Shown: in pieces, positions 46,126 to 60,838 of the stretch
Numbering within the stretch: the first letter of the stretch is position 1
Layout of the letters: each line of letters opens with the position of its first letter
NCBI GenBank assembly: GCA_008632985.1
Contig: QPGO01000106.1
Location: 186,001 to 250,000, forward strand
Source: Psammoneis japonica
Taxonomy: Eukaryota
Direction: 5' to 3'
Length of the DNA stretch: 64,000 nucleotides
Position numbers and translations under genes: made by a program
The notes under the pieces: generated by a model
The model's database searches: none
Seen by the model: the letters and a program-made list of their open reading frames with translations, nothing else
Told to the model about the DNA's origin: nothing

Positions 46126-48594
46126 GGCCTGTCTCAGCGCAGATGACCTGCCCTTTGATGAACCCCGTGATTGCTGCTCCTCTGTTGCTGGAGCATTTGT
46201 GTGCCTGGCAGCAAACAGCTGGCCACACATTGCATGTGCCACCCATGAAGTGGCACAGCTCTCATTTGCTCTGCACAGTGCTGATTCTGCCAGCAAAGGG
46301 GGCTCATTTCTGAAGCCTGCCAGCTGTCTTTGGGAGTGATTGTTGTGTGTTGGCTCTGGCGCTGTGGTCCTGTTTGGTGTCTCAAAGATGACAAAGACCT
46401 GGCTTCTGTCAAAAGTCCAGGAGGAACCTTGTCTGCCATGCCAGGGCTGTCCAATCATCTGGGTGCCCAAGCTGTGGACTCTGGCAGCACTGCTGTCCAC
46501 TGTGGCTGGAGGTGGAGTGTGCTGTGCTGTTGCAGGCTGTGCATGACCTCATCCCTGTTCTCATGGAGTCATTCAAGAAGCTCAGCCACCACATTTTATT
46601 TAGAAAGTCTGGCTGGTGCACTCCAAGGCCTTGTCCAAGCTTGCCAGCCAGGGCACGCACTGATGACTTGCCCATCCAGCAGAGACTGTGTCCTGCCAGC
46701 AACTGCAGTGTGCAAATGTGGCTCTGTGCATCTCAAGTTTTCACGCATGCCCAAGTTGTTCCCACAAACAAAGCACATCAGTGCAACCTGTCAGCACAAC
46801 CCAGCAACTGTCAGATCAGCTCATGAAGGGACTGCCTGTTGACATGTTTCACATGGCCAGAGGAAGGCTCATGTGGGCTGGTGATCACTCTCTTTTAGTT
46901 GAGAGGGGTGGAGTCGCAACTCAAATGCCCCCCTGTTGCTCAACTCCTTGCCGGCAGCAGACAGGAAGGGTTTGGTGACAGAAGCAAACTCTTCAGCATT
47001 GCCACGCACCCAAGGCTCAGCAAAGGGATGGCTTTGTTGTTGAGGCCAATGACATCAAGGGAATTTAAGAGCACTGCTTGGCTTTTGGCTTGGGGTGAGT
47101 GCTTGACTTCTCGGGAAGTCAATCTGGTGGCAACCAACAAAAAAGCGGTTCTGGTCTGTGCCAAGGTCTGGGGTGGGAAGGAAACAGATGAGCGGCTCTT
47201 GCTGGCTGGATGTTGCAAGTGACTTGTTTCCATGAAAGAAACTTCAGGAACTGACTGGCATCCAGTGCTGTTTTAGAGAGCAAAAATTTCAAAAGACATT
47301 TTGCATTTGCTGATTTGATGTGCACATCAGAGCCACTGCCCTCAGCAGAGTTTGGGCAAATGCTTTGCTGAGTTGGGTTGAAGACTGCCACATGTTTCAC
47401 AACAAATTCTTTTGTGTGGCTCTGGGAGTCACTCCGCACAACATGCAGCATTTGAGTGAGAAGTGCATGAAGACACTTTTTGCCGATTGGAACCATGCCA
47501 CACTCATCACAGACTGTGTGCCCTCTCCAGTGGATGGGAGGCAGTGCATTCGTGTGCCAAGAAATTTTGACAACCGAAGGCAATCCAACCTGTTGTGGAT
47601 CAGTTCATGCCAAATGACAGCAGTGCTGCAACTCATTGGCTTGTCCTGCACTTTTTCTGTGGCCCCCTTGGCATTGTGGCATGTCAAGAAAAAGCCAGAT
47701 CTGCAAGCCTGAGTCCTTCAATCAAGGTTGGAATGAGGTGGCATGATCAGATGACCACAAGGCACCACATTGAGACTTGAGAAAGCCAGATGGCAAGCAA
47801 TGGAACGTCCATTTTGTGCAGAGATTTGGCCTTCTCTCTTCAACTTTTGCTCAGTTTTCTCACAGCCATTTCATTGCCTCAACTGCATCATTGTGAGAGC
47901 CCCTCATTTCTGCGCTGTCTCATTTTAGCCATTGTCTCTGCTTGTTTCTTTTCACTCTACTTCTTGTCCTTCTTCATTTCATGCTCCTCATTCTTGTTCT
48001 TCTGCTTCTTTGTTGGTTCTGTCCAATTGCCATGTGGTGGCTTCTCCTTTGGCTCTTTTTTTGTTGCATGATGGTCCCTGTGGCACAAGCTGGACCCAGA
48101 AAAGTGCTGGCCAGGGCCAGCAATGAGTGTGTCTCTGCAATGCAAACATTGAAAACACACAGGTCGATCCGGTCTCAGCATCATGTCCATCATCACGAGG
48201 CCTCCGTCCCCCTCTTGGATGCACTCACCCTCTGAAGAAATGTCCAAGTTCTTCTTGCATCTCGTGCATGTGCTTCCCAGAGGAAAGCAGGCGCCTTTTG
48301 TGCTTGTTTCAGTCTTCTTTTTGATGGTCTTCACTGCAGCAGCCTGCTCGTTTGCAGCAAGAGCACTTCTTGGTGGCGGGCTTCTCATGTGGGCTGGTGG
48401 CACAGGTCCTCATCTCCTGCTGATTTTCCCGGTGGCCGGTGGTGAGTGCTCATGCCATGAGGCAAAGCAATGACACGACAGTGCCAAGATGTGTGCCATT
48501 TCTCATTGTGCATGTGTGCACATGTGTGCACATGTGTGCAAACCAAAGGTTTCAAAGAGTTCGCCAACCCATGTCTAAAAAGAAAGACCAATCC

Positions 48595-48735
48595 ATGCCA
48601 TCTCAAACATCTAAAAAAATTGCCAATCCATCTAAAATGTCTCAAAGTTGTCAAAAACATCTCAAATGTCTTAAACATCTTCAAAAAATTGCCAGTCCAT
48701 CTCAAACATCTGCCACAAAAAAGCCAATCCATCAT
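48595..48735 (+). repeat. Short degenerate repeats of catctcaaa / aaaaaattgcca.tccatc
   Basis: Directly visible; may be subterminal repeats of an unidentified element. Confidence 0.6.
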
Positions 48736-49539
48736 TGTGCAGTTGTCCATGACATGGTCTTCCTCATTGCCTGCATCATCAATTCCTTCCTCTGCTCACT
48801 TTCCATGGTTGGCTGCTGTTGTCAAGTGCAAATCTTCCCATTGGCTGAGTCACCTGCCACAACCAGCTCCTCAAAGAACTTGCTGGCTCTCGGCGACATT
48901 CACGTCATTCTTTCCTGCTGCCTGTGCCTTCCTCCTCTGCTGCACTCAAGTTGCTTGCTGTGAAGTGCTTGAGTTGTCTTGCCCACTTTCTCTTCTTTTC
49001 AACAACTTCCTTTTCTGTGAGCCCCTTGTTGGCGATGCTTTCAAAAAGCTTGTTTTTGTGCAGCAGCTGCGGACAGAGGGGAAAGTTGGGGGGAAACATT
49101 GTGAAAATGCTGCGGCGCTCTCAACATTGTTGTTTGGGAAACAATGAGAGGCAGGCCAGAGTGAGCTTGGAAAGCTGAAACAGACAGGTGAAATGTGAGA
49201 GAGAACCCACAAACCACTGACATGTGTCATCATCACTTGAGCAGCCAGGAGCGGCACGGCACATGACACACCCTCTGAAAAAGAAGCAGACAGAGGAACA
49301 GCTGTGAGGAAGCATGCTGTCTTTGCTTTGCCATTTGACCATTGAAGCAAGCAAAGTTGATGATGCTGAGAGACAGTGTGAGGTGACTGTGTTGGAAGAT
49401 TGTGACAGTTGTGTGCTCCATGCCATGACTTTGCTTGCTCTGCTGCCCGCTGCCCACAGAAGCGCTCCTGCTCTTGGCTGAGTGCTGCTTGCTCTGATGA
49501 TGCCACACAGCAAAAAAATTTTGATCCTGGCATGCAATG

Positions 49540-50065
49540 ATTGTGCAAGGATGCAGCAGTGTGTCACAATGTGAGCTCTGTTTTTTTTTTTTTCACCAAA
49601 AGCTGAAAAAAGGCGTGAACAACTCTTGGTCAAACCAAACCAATCTCCAACGGTGGTGGCCCCGTGGCTCCTGACCTGACCTTTTTCAACATTTCAGCAC
49701 AAAGCATGTGCGGTGCTCCTGGAAAGATCATGAAGATCTGCAGGGCTTTTGCAGAGTTTCAACATCAAACACAACTGCAATCTTGACCCTTGCACCTCCA
49801 CAAAGTTCTTTTGGCAAGAGACAGCTTGCCGCTCTGGTGCCCACCCACCCCTCACCAGCCAGCTGCGGCACTGTTGGATGCATTCCAAGTGAATCTTTTC
49901 TTTGTTTGGACAGAAAAGACTTCATGCACCCTGATGTAAATTTTGCAGAGGCAGATGCACATTGGTCGATGGCTGGTTGTGTTTTTTTTTTTTTTCTCGC
50001 GGCGGCAGCTGTCCAATGCCGTTGGTGTGTCTGCCCTCTTTTTTCGAGGTGGGTTTCAGTGCACG
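49540..50065. repeat. Dispersed repeat family B copy
   Basis: gatctgcagggctttt.cagagtttca and gtctgccctctt.tttc.aggt..gtttcagtgcac are shared with 43380-44100. Confidence 0.75.
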
Positions 50066-50687
50066 AATGACGTTGAAGCCAAGGATTTTTTTCTGTGCGT
50101 CAGTGGCCAAGGCTTTCAGGATGTCTTTTCTACGTGTTGTCATAGTATTTTATGGTAGATCTTCAATGTCAATCCCGTATTGCCGTTGACACCAAACGTC
50201 ATCAGTGAGCATCATTAAAAACATATAAATCTGCATACGTTTTTATACCATCTGCAAAAAATCCCTATTGCCTTTTATGAACCTGCACCCTCACATGACG
50301 TACTTACTTATGTTCCCGAACCCCAACGTAAGACTGATGTCGTTTGTTGGGGCCATCCATCAGCAAGTGCGACGGGGCATCCGTGCATTTCCACGGCATG
50401 CTGGTATGTATCAACCTACCGAGCCCTACATACGGCTCTTTCTACCGGCATTTCTGCACAAAATACGACCACAGTCGCTCGACGCCCCTCATCCCTCATT
50501 ACAACAGTTGACAACTCATTGACACCTTTTAGAGCCCTTTTACTTGTTCATTATTGCATGTATAGCTGACAATAGACTGATTGAGAGCAAAAGAAAGAGT
50601 CCGCAGCCAAAAAGAGCTTGATTCGGTGGGGTTCGGATCAATCGTATCAAGTGACGTGACGCGGTTCTCATAATTCGAGATTCGAGA

Positions 50688-52232
50688 ATGCAGAGTGCCA
50701 ATCACCGCTCAGCCTCTGCAGCACCAGTCATGTCCAGTAGTAGACCAACATTAGATAATAACGTGATTGATAAGCTCTCCACAGAAGAAGCCGACGCAGC
50801 CATGCAGCACTGGCACGATAAGTGGATTTACGATCGAACTGCTGGAGCAAAGAACCCATCTCCAACAGAGGCACCCAGGAATGCTACTACTACTCAGAAA
50901 CGCACATTGCGCTACTCTCGATCGAGCGGTATGACACCGTCCCCAACAACACCTGAAATAGAATACGAAGATGACGACTATGATTCAGACGATGATGATG
51001 TCTTTTTCAGGAGGCCACCACGAAACATCGCAACCGCTACTCCTCTGCTCAGGCCGATTGCGGTGCGGATTGCGCGACCCCCCTCGCCCATTTGCTTGGA
51101 CGAACCAAAACCATCGATTGACTTGCAAACGGGTCGACAAGAGCCGTCACCCTTGGAAGAATTGTCACCACTGAACGATGATTTGGTCCGACCCTATAAC
51201 GGGCCACAGCCTGCTGCAAACGAAAACAACGAGGATGCCTTTCCCACTCGAATCATTCGTCCACCATCGGATCACGTTCCTCCGTTGGAAGCTGCCAAGG
51301 CTGCCGTGTTGCACGCCTTGGCGTCTTCGGGTGGAGACGAAAAGTCACCCCTCTTGGATGCCGCACTCAAACCCCTCTTGACGCACTATTCGGATACACA
51401 CATGGACGCTCGATTGTGGGGACTCGAGGGCATGTGGCTGACACTGACGAAACCCACCTATGCGGGCAATTTGGGAATGAACCATGGTGGGGATCCCATG
51501 TACACACTGGGACGAATGAGTTTTGACATGTTTCAGCCATGCCAGCTAGTGTGCAGTTTGCAAGGAACCTTCAATACGATTGAACCCGTGCTGACTTTGG
51601 AAGAGTGTGTCGCACCAAAGTCGTTGAAAGAAGAGATACAAGAAGACGGAACTGTGCTTCGAACTTATGAGTGAGTTGTACTCTAGCGCGATTGTGTTGT
51701 TCTGTTGCAAGTTTGGTCACGTTACTCACTCCTTTTTCAATACGATCGCTTCTCCATACACAGTATCGTTACTGCCTTTACGGTTGAACCGTACCATCCC
51801 GACTTTAACAACTCCCCCAATCACGAGGTCCACCGCCCGATTCGAGGCATCATGACAACGCACGGTTATGCCTTGCCCGATCCTCAAGTGCCCAATCGAT
51901 TAACCATTTGGTTCACGGGCGGTGTACTTCAACCCAACAACGACGCACAAGACGAAGAAGAATGGAAGAAACTCTTTTGCAACCATCCTCTTCCCAATAG
52001 AACCTTTTCGGAAAAGGCCATGGTGTTTGCTGCCAAAATGTTAATGGGCGCGACACTGGGAGATATGCAAGAGGATGGAACCATGACGTATGACTTTACA
52101 AGACCGCTCGGAGGACACGGAATGGCGTACGTTGACGTTTTGTATCTGGACTCTGGATTACGAATTGTACGAGGACACAAGGGGACGCTCTTTGTGTTTG
52201 TCAAGGTTCCAGATCATGTCCACGAAGAATAA
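50688..52232 (+). CDS. PAP/fibrillin-like domain protein (exons 50688-51670 and 51764-52232)
   Basis: GTGAG..CAG intron joins the two ORFs in frame. LEGMWLTLTKP, YTLGRMSF and C-terminal YVDVLYLDSGLRIVRGHKGTLFVF. Confidence 0.8.
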
Positions 52233-52972
52233 GAACAATTGAACAAATGGATGTAAATAGGAATGCATTTCCAAGCTACGAAACATGTAAATAACAGGAG
52301 AGGACCCATGTCGAAGGGAGCCGATTTGCTGAGCGCGCTCGAAGCGTGTGACAACCACATGCAAGAGTTCTTACAAGAACGCGCAAGGCAAATCAAGTGA
52401 CGTGGTCCAAGAGAGATGATTATCATTGTACAAAATGAAAATATACACACACGAACCTAGAGAGGCGAGTCTTACTTGCTTGCACTGTACATAGTAATTA
52501 AGTTTAGGCAAGTATTGCTCGAGCTATTGTAGTAGCAAACTCCATAGCACGAGCGGCAGTAACATCCTCTCAGAGGGCAAGACGTCTACAGGAACCCACA
52601 TATTATCAAGACCATTCCGTTGTAAGCGTCCAACGATCGTCAGTTAGTCTCCCTCCAGAGAGTAGAGAGGCCTATCTCTATCTACTCTCTACTAAGCTAA
52701 CGTAGATTTCCCCCAAGTTGCTTGCAAGCTTGCTTGCGCTTGCGTGCTGAAGTTGTGCACGCGTCTGTCTCTCAGCCGGCAGGGTTTATGTCTTGATCCG
52801 CGACCTTATTTTCAATTTGGTTCGTGCCGCGACTTGCCGCGAGTTGTGTCGCCTCGCTCGATGAAGTGCCGAAAATGTGAGATTGCGCACAAAATCATGT
52901 GTTGAGATCATAGCCACTAAAGAAGAGAGAAAGAGCTGACCAGAAAAAGTTCTGTAGCACTAACGCCCCACT

Positions 52973-54463
52973 ATGAACGAAGACTCGGAAAGCCAACCCA
53001 GCATCGAAAGTGTAGATAACGTTGTGGTGGAGGATCGGGATGATAAGAACGCTTCTTCTCCGCCCAACATCCCTCAAGATAGGAAGCACAAATCGCCCCA
53101 TTATGGCGGAGACTGCATGCATCGGCTCCAGATTCTGTGGCGCCTCTTTGGTCAAGAGGCTGTAGCAGTTTCGATTGGACTTTTGGAGCTTGTATTCATT
53201 GCATTAAGTCTCCGTCAAGCAATCATCACTGTGAACGAATATGATGAGAAAAGCATTGTGGATCGTGTCTTTCAGTCGCGCTGCAAAGACTTTTGTCTGG
53301 ACACTTCCGAATGTGACAAGAGTTATGGCGGATACTATGATGATGATTGCTGGATCTACCTGCGCGAATCTTCGTCACGCCCCTTCTGTGACAGTTCGTG
53401 GAGCCAATCTGATTGCGAGAGTGAGGTGAGCTCTTTATTGTCAACTGGAGTCAATGCAACAATTTTTGTGGCTCTGTATAGCCTCAGGCTCTTTGCAGAA
53501 TTTGCTGCCTTGGCTCAAGCATTTGTTTTACAAAAAATGAGGAACATTGGTGCAACACCGCTCTCTCTCGAATGGCAGCCGGGAAGGTTGTTTGATTCTT
53601 TTTCGCTTTCCATGCTCATGTTCACCGTGGGACTTGCAAGCATCCTCAGCTCCCTTATTATTGCAGACGATCCCATTCAAAATGTATACTATTTTGACTT
53701 ACAGACAATGGAGGTCTTTACCGTCGCGTTGGGTGCTATGCTGGTTCTCATTGCTACCGCATTTGGCATTTGGGTTTTCGTAAAGCGACATGACCTGCAA
53801 AAGGGTGGTCCGAGTTCAGTACCATTCCTAGGTGCCGCCCGTACCTTCGCATTGACTTGGGAGCTATGGAGTGCCATTATTGACATATCGTGCATTCCAT
53901 TTGTCGCACACAAGTCAGATTCATCGTCAGCGGTGAATATTATCTTGCTTCTATTGGAGTTACTGCGAAGCATTTGGGAGGTCACTATGGAAGCCCGTGG
54001 GTTGAAACTCTGCTATGCGTTCAAGCGTTTGTACATTCCTGTTTCCGCACAGGACAAATTACTCGCCCTCAATACTACGAGGCGTAAAGCAGTCAACGCA
54101 CACTTGACCTTGAATGGAGTTACTGTGGTCACCCCTCGTCTCTGCTCATCCCGAAAACTGACTCAAAGCGTGATGGATATTAGCAAAGCTTTAGCAACAG
54201 GACCCATATCGGGAGGTCAGTGGTACCTCGCATTTGGGAATGACGAACGCCCGTGTCGTTGGAAAGCGTGGCTTGCCATTCAACCCGTAGCGGATTCCGA
54301 GAAGGCTTGGTTTGATGGGGAACGCATTACGTTAAACTTTCAGCAGCTTTGCGGTGTCACGCTCTCTGCACCACTTGATGCAACCGAGTGCGCACAAGTG
54401 GAAGACTTTACCCGTGTTTCTGATACTGCTGGAAGGATTGTACAAACTGTCGTGTGGCATTAA
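52973..54463 (+). CDS. Hypothetical multi-pass membrane protein (496 aa)
   Basis: Long ATG-started ORF with about six hydrophobic segments and a Cys-rich loop. Confidence 0.75.
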   Translation: MNEDSESQPSIESVDNVVVEDRDDKNASSPPNIPQDRKHKSPHYGGDCMHRLQILWRLFGQEAVAVSIGLLELVFIALSLRQAIITVNEYDEKSIVDRVFQSRCKDFCLDTSECDKSYGGYYDDDCWIYLRESSSRPFCDSSWSQSDCESEVSSLLSTGVNATIFVALYSLRLFAEFAALAQAFVLQKMRNIGATPLSLEWQPGRLFDSFSLSMLMFTVGLASILSSLIIADDPIQNVYYFDLQTMEVFTVALGAMLVLIATAFGIWVFVKRHDLQKGGPSSVPFLGAARTFALTWELWSAIIDISCIPFVAHKSDSSSAVNIILLLLELLRSIWEVTMEARGLKLCYAFKRLYIPVSAQDKLLALNTTRRKAVNAHLTLNGVTVVTPRLCSSRKLTQSVMDISKALATGPISGGQWYLAFGNDERPCRWKAWLAIQPVADSEKAWFDGERITLNFQQLCGVTLSAPLDATECAQVEDFTRVSDTAGRIVQTVVWH

Positions 54464-55117
54464 GGATTGGAAGTTATGAAGGGTCAGTTCCTCTTACGTG
54501 GGATAAATTCTTGAAAACGGTTGACCCCAAAGTCTCTGTTGAAAAACCGCGTGATAAGTATGCATGTTATATACCATCAGATACAAAGTCCGGTGTCTTC
54601 GTGGTTGACTTACATAGCAGCAGAGTAATACATCAGGATGGCGGTAGCAAACTGAACGGGCGAAATGGCGTTTCGCCGCGGTTCGGATGTACAAACCCCA
54701 GTCACTTAGAGACGACCGCCCTGGTTTTAGAGCTGAGAAGTTCTCTCCATAGCTTTTAGGTGACCACCCACTGTTGTTATTTTTGACTGGACCACCTCGA
54801 ATAAAAAGCCAGTTTCAAACAGATGCTGATCTGCAAAACGCTTGGAGCCGTCAGCTCCCTCCTTTAGCTGATATCAATCGAGTTATCCTCTCCCATTCTA
54901 TTCCCAATAAGCTAGGAAGACATCATAGTCATCAAACTGAGCATAAGTGGGACAGTAGATGAAAATTGAGAGACATTCATTATCAGGTCGAAACGACGGA
55001 ATCCAAGAAACAAACCCGGCGAGGTTTTTGTATGAAAATCAACGTCTCCAGAAAAGAGGAGAAAGGCGCCATTGTTACAGCTGATGCATATACTATCACC
55101 GCCAATGCTCAGTGGAA

Positions 55118-56400
55118 TCAGTTCGAAGTAAGGAGGTGTTCTAGCCTTGGAAATGCCGTTTGGAGTTTCAGCAAGCCGTCTGGGGAGATGTCATTCTGTG
55201 ATATGAAGAGGTGTGAGCAGAATGAATCGGTTTCATCACTGGCGCTCTCTCCAATGATCTTGCAGCCAGCATCTGTCAAACCAACATTAGAAAGCGAAAC
55301 AATTTGCACCTTGTGGAGTAGTGGAACCAATGCAGCAACACCGTCATCACCGAGATGGTTGTCGCTCATATCCAAGTTGGAAAGACTAAATTCTTGTTCC
55401 AGGTTCAACGAGCTAACTAGAAGCCCGCAACCATTCGAAAGTCAGCCCAACCTTGGCCAATTCCAATTCAGAAACACGAGGAATAATGCTAGTCAAAGCA
55501 ATTACACCTTTGTCTTGCAGATTGCTAAAATCCAAATACGTACAACGCTGAAGGGGGCGACTCGTGTTGGAACGCTTCAGCCAACACACGGCATCCAGAG
55601 ACAGTGATGGCAGTGCTGCTCAAGATTTTTGTAGAAACCTTGTGAGCAACCGAGGCAATCGTATCTCCGATTGGACTCCCAGATAGATTTAGCAAGCCCG
55701 AAGTCGAAGTCATGCTCTGCAGAAAGGGCACTAGCTAGGTCTCTGCAGAATCTTTCCGTTCGTTTGTCGCCAGAAAGGTGAAGTTGACTCACACGCGGCG
55801 CATGTCCGTTACAAAGAATGTCAATGAGATGTTGCGCATCGCTGTCTGTCCATGCCATATCGCTATTGCAATTCCTCGACTGTTTGAAATAAGAACTCAA
55901 ACGATTGTTTGTACGGACGCTTTACGAGTGGCAGATCATCTCTCTTGTTGGTGAGTTGAATTCATCCGGAAGCAGGAGCACAGTGCGAGTACTAGTAGCA
56001 CATTCTCGATCCATGTCATCTTGGTATATTGTTTCGTTTGATAGTTTGCATATATCATACGGAGGCGCGTGAAAGTCCTTTATCAGCGAAGCCCAGCTAA
56101 ACTCCACGAAGGGCCATCCTCTTTGTTTGTACGGAGTAGCGTTCATGATTCCATTTGTATCAGTAGGTAGCTGAGTAATCTGGAAGACAATAGTGTCTGG
56201 CTGCATTTAGAGTAAGCTCATACCCTCTAATCCTTCTTTGAACACGTTGTTCTGTTTCTCGAAATGAGCCGCCTGAAATAGAGATCCATAGTCCCAAGAG
56301 AGACCGCACTTTTCTTCGTCATCCTTTGTACAAATAGTTAAAACCCTTTTTTGACAAGTTTTAAAGTGGAACGAGTTGGGTCAGGTCGCCCAAGCTAAAC
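55118..56400 (-). pseudogene. Degraded gene with a WDYGSLFQ...PY..RGW..E domain and C-terminal RNI-like leucine-rich repeats
   Basis: Manual translation WDYGSLFQ..FKEGLEGMSLL*MQPDTIV..TPYKQRGWPFVE, then LRR pieces (LNLSGSPIGD, LDMSDNHLGDDGVAAL, LSNVGLTDAGC) in several frames. Confidence 0.7.
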
Positions 56401-56564
56401 CACATGTAACTCAAAACGATGACACACGACCAGTCGTTGTCGAGAAAATTCTCAAATAATGATGACACAAATGCTTCCGCCGGTAGAGATTTTCTGCGTT
56501 CCAGCTTTTCACACTTGTTCACTATCCATTCAAAGTCAAGAAGAACAATGGATTCACACGATAA

Positions 56565-57701
<1,137 letters not shown>

Positions 57702-58130
57702 ATCTCAGTGAAATCAAATTTGTAGGTTGGCATCAATAAACTGTATTGTAACAGGGTAATTAGTTTCATTTATAGTGAAAATTTCATGCCGCGGATGAAA
57801 CTCTGCCTCTATAGTCTACTCCTGCTAAGTATCCTGTAGTTGCAGGTGTCTACGACTGTTTCTCGAGAGTATGTTATCGACGACTCGGTAGACGACTCTA
57901 TTATCGCACCGAAAGACCGAAAGAGGTCACCCGCGAGATAGCAGCTCGCGCGTTGATTGATGATGGTTCTGTCGACCGCGTCGACCACAACAGCGCCTCT
58001 TCGCAATGGTCAATTGTTTCAAGTTCCGTCGAGATTTGCACTGCTGTTACAGTTAGTGGGCATTCCTGACGCGTCAAGGCACCTCTGTTCATACCTGCAT
58101 AATTTAGAAGAACAAAAAGAGGGCAACAAA

Positions 58131-58947
58131 ATGGTTGAAGAAACACGCTCCGGAATAATATCCGCTGCCCGGCCAAGCAGACCGAAAAGGAGCTTTATAT
58201 CTTCGAACAATCAAGGCGATCCCAAGATAAAGCTGGTTCCTCTTTCCAAGAATGACGTGATGAATGAGATCTACTCTTACACAAAGATTTACGTCGTCTT
58301 TTCTTGTGTATTTTGATTTGGTATGGAACTCTGGTTCATCAAGTCTTTCCAGACTTTTCGGCAGAGCAATCCGCCATTCACTGCGGGAGCGTCATGACGG
58401 TTGTGATGCTTGCTATTTTTCTCTTCCCCTGTGGTACACTACAAGCCCAAGAGACGACAAGGAACGAAAGTTTTCTTTTATTCTCGTTTGGATCTCCGGT
58501 TCCCTCTTGTTCAATGTAATTTGGCAAGTGCCGCTGTGGGCGATTGATTCCCTTCACCAAGTTCCAGATACGTGGGACAATTTGTGGTGGAGAATTTACT
58601 GGGCAAGCTACTCCACTTCGGATGCCTTGTATGCAAATGTGACAAAACAAATGAAGGTTTATGAATGGCTCTACCTGTATGGGAATCTTTTCGGGGTCCT
58701 TGGCTTTTGCTACATGCTCTCTCGCAGCGACAATACCAAAAAGGCACTAACGTGCTTTTGCGTTTGTGGTGTCTTGCAAAACTACAATGCCTCCTTGTAC
58801 TTGGTCGTTTGCTACTATATTGATGAGCTCCAACCAATTACCGATAATTATCTATCCTGGTTGGTATACTTTGGGTTGAACGGAGGATGGGCGGCACTCT
58901 CCATGATTGCTGCAAAGTTCAGCTTTGACCTTCTTCATGCATCGTGA
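58131..58947 (+). pseudogene. EXPERA/emopamil-binding-like membrane protein with a disrupted or unresolved 5' part
   Basis: YWASYSTSDALY...YEW...QNYNASLY...YFGLNGGW pattern. The upstream frame has stops at about 58316 and 58397 and a frame change near 58430. Confidence 0.5.
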
Positions 58948-59119
58948 ATGTATCTTTGTACCTCTATTGACGTGAAAAGTGCGTTTGTTTCTTCTGATAA
59001 TGTGGATGCGGGCCTACTTGGTGCTTTTTGTGTTTGCAATCGGAAGACACATTATACCGGGACCGGAAGTACATCATTTGCGAACGATGGTGATTCAAGC
59101 GAGTCGGATCTCTTATCCC

Positions 59120-59870
59120 ACGTTTGGACTTGGCGCAGCCGTTCCACGAGAGGCAACGAGCGAGAGACAATGAATGCAAAGGAGGACCTGCGGCTACTAG
59201 AGTTAGAGAGAGCTGCCTCGGAAGACAGCGTACAAAAGCACCGTCCAGGAGAGTTGCTGAGGTGCACGTTTCTTAAAGGCGTGCCCGTCGCGACTGATTT
59301 CAAACTGGGACCAACCCTCATCTGAAGCCTTTGAAACTCCACTGGTGAATCTCCTTGCTTGATGGAGACAACTCCACTGGTGAATCTCCTTGCTTGGTGG
59401 AGACAGCTTGGAGCAGGTAGAAAGATCGGACTGCACTGTGGTCTCTTTCCGTTTGTACTTCCCGTCAAAAAGCTATGATCAGATGCACCATAGCTCATTG
59501 TGGCTCCTAACAACACATGTGAAGGCACGTTTGTACTTGGCGCGGCCGTTCCATAAGAGGCAAGGAGCAAGAGACAGCGAATGCTATCTAGAGGACCTGC
59601 GGCTAGAGTTAGACAGAGCTGCTTCAGGAGGCACGGTATAACAGTACTGTTGAGGAGAGTTTAACGCGCCAGTTTGTTAAAGAAGTGGCCGCCATGACCC
59701 ATTTGAAAGTGGGGCCAACGTCCGTCTGAAGCCTTTGAAACTGCACAGGTGAATCTCCTTGCTTGACGCAGACAGCTTGGAGCTGGTAGAAGATCGGATT
59801 ACAATGCGGCCTGTTCCGTTTGTATTGCCAGTCAAAACGCTGTGATCAGATGCGCCATACCATTGTGGTC
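59120..59870 (+). repeat. Diverged tandem duplication (period about 406 bp) with a nested 35-bp duplication
   Basis: cacgtttg.acttggcgc.gccgttcca at 59120 and 59526; aactccactggtgaatctccttgcttg.tggagac twice at 59335-59404. Confidence 0.9.
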
Positions 59871-60838
59871 CGAAAAATACAGAGGGAACAATGCATGCAG
59901 AGCAGGATTACTGCTCGTTGAGGATTTCTGCTTTGCCGCAAGATATTGTGGCGCGTCGGACAGACGGCGGGAAAATAACGCCGCGAATCATCGAATCACA
60001 CGCAGATCACGAATCATTACTCCCATCGCATCTCTATTATCAACGATGATCGCGACGATACAAGGTTCGCATTCAAATGCAACACGTTGAATTATCGCCT
60101 ACCTTTTTTAAAGATGTCCTCTCGTACAGGCGCCCTTCGTTCTCGTGCTGCAAATCTGCCGCTTCGTCAGTGAAGAAAAGCCGCGTCGTGATCAAGAGCA
60201 CGACGACCAAGACAAACAACATTCTCGTTGAGCTTCCCTCCAGTCGTGCCGAGAATGTTCTCTCATTGGACGAGATGGAGCATCACTTGAGAGAGATTGG
60301 AACAGACATGGGCATGTACATTTCCCATGTTACTGTGCTGGGCCGCAAACGGTACCCTTGAAATCGACATTGGCATTTCAAACGAAGTCACGACGAACCC
60401 GGCTGTCTCGATGTCACGTACTGGCCGCAAGGATACCTCCTCTGGATCTCTGTTCGTAAATATGAGCCCTCTTGGGTACACAGTGCTGGAAAAGAACTTT
60501 GTACTCGCATGGAAGAGGAACTGGCAAGCATGTAGAGGACGCTCGCTTCAATCGGGTGCAAGACAAGCTATGGTGGCATGCTAAGTGGAAATACTGGACG
60601 ATCTTAGAGATGTACATACTTGCATTCAAAGCGGAAAGTAAAGCTAAGTGATGGCTGGTCCTAGCTAGAGATAAAGATAACAATTGGCTGCAGCACGCTG
60701 CGACATCTCGCAGTGCACGGAAGGTGACGAGCGGTGGCATTCGTATTATACTGGTCCGCAGCGACATGCGCGCCCCGTTCTATTTGGACGAGCCTTTAGT
60801 AGATGCAAGAGTTCCCTGCTGGTATGTTCGTCTTAGAT

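Noticed and set aside
52637..52705. agagagtaga...tctactctct hairpin as a terminator or element end
   Set aside because: Low-complexity arms and no second copy or TSD found in the window.
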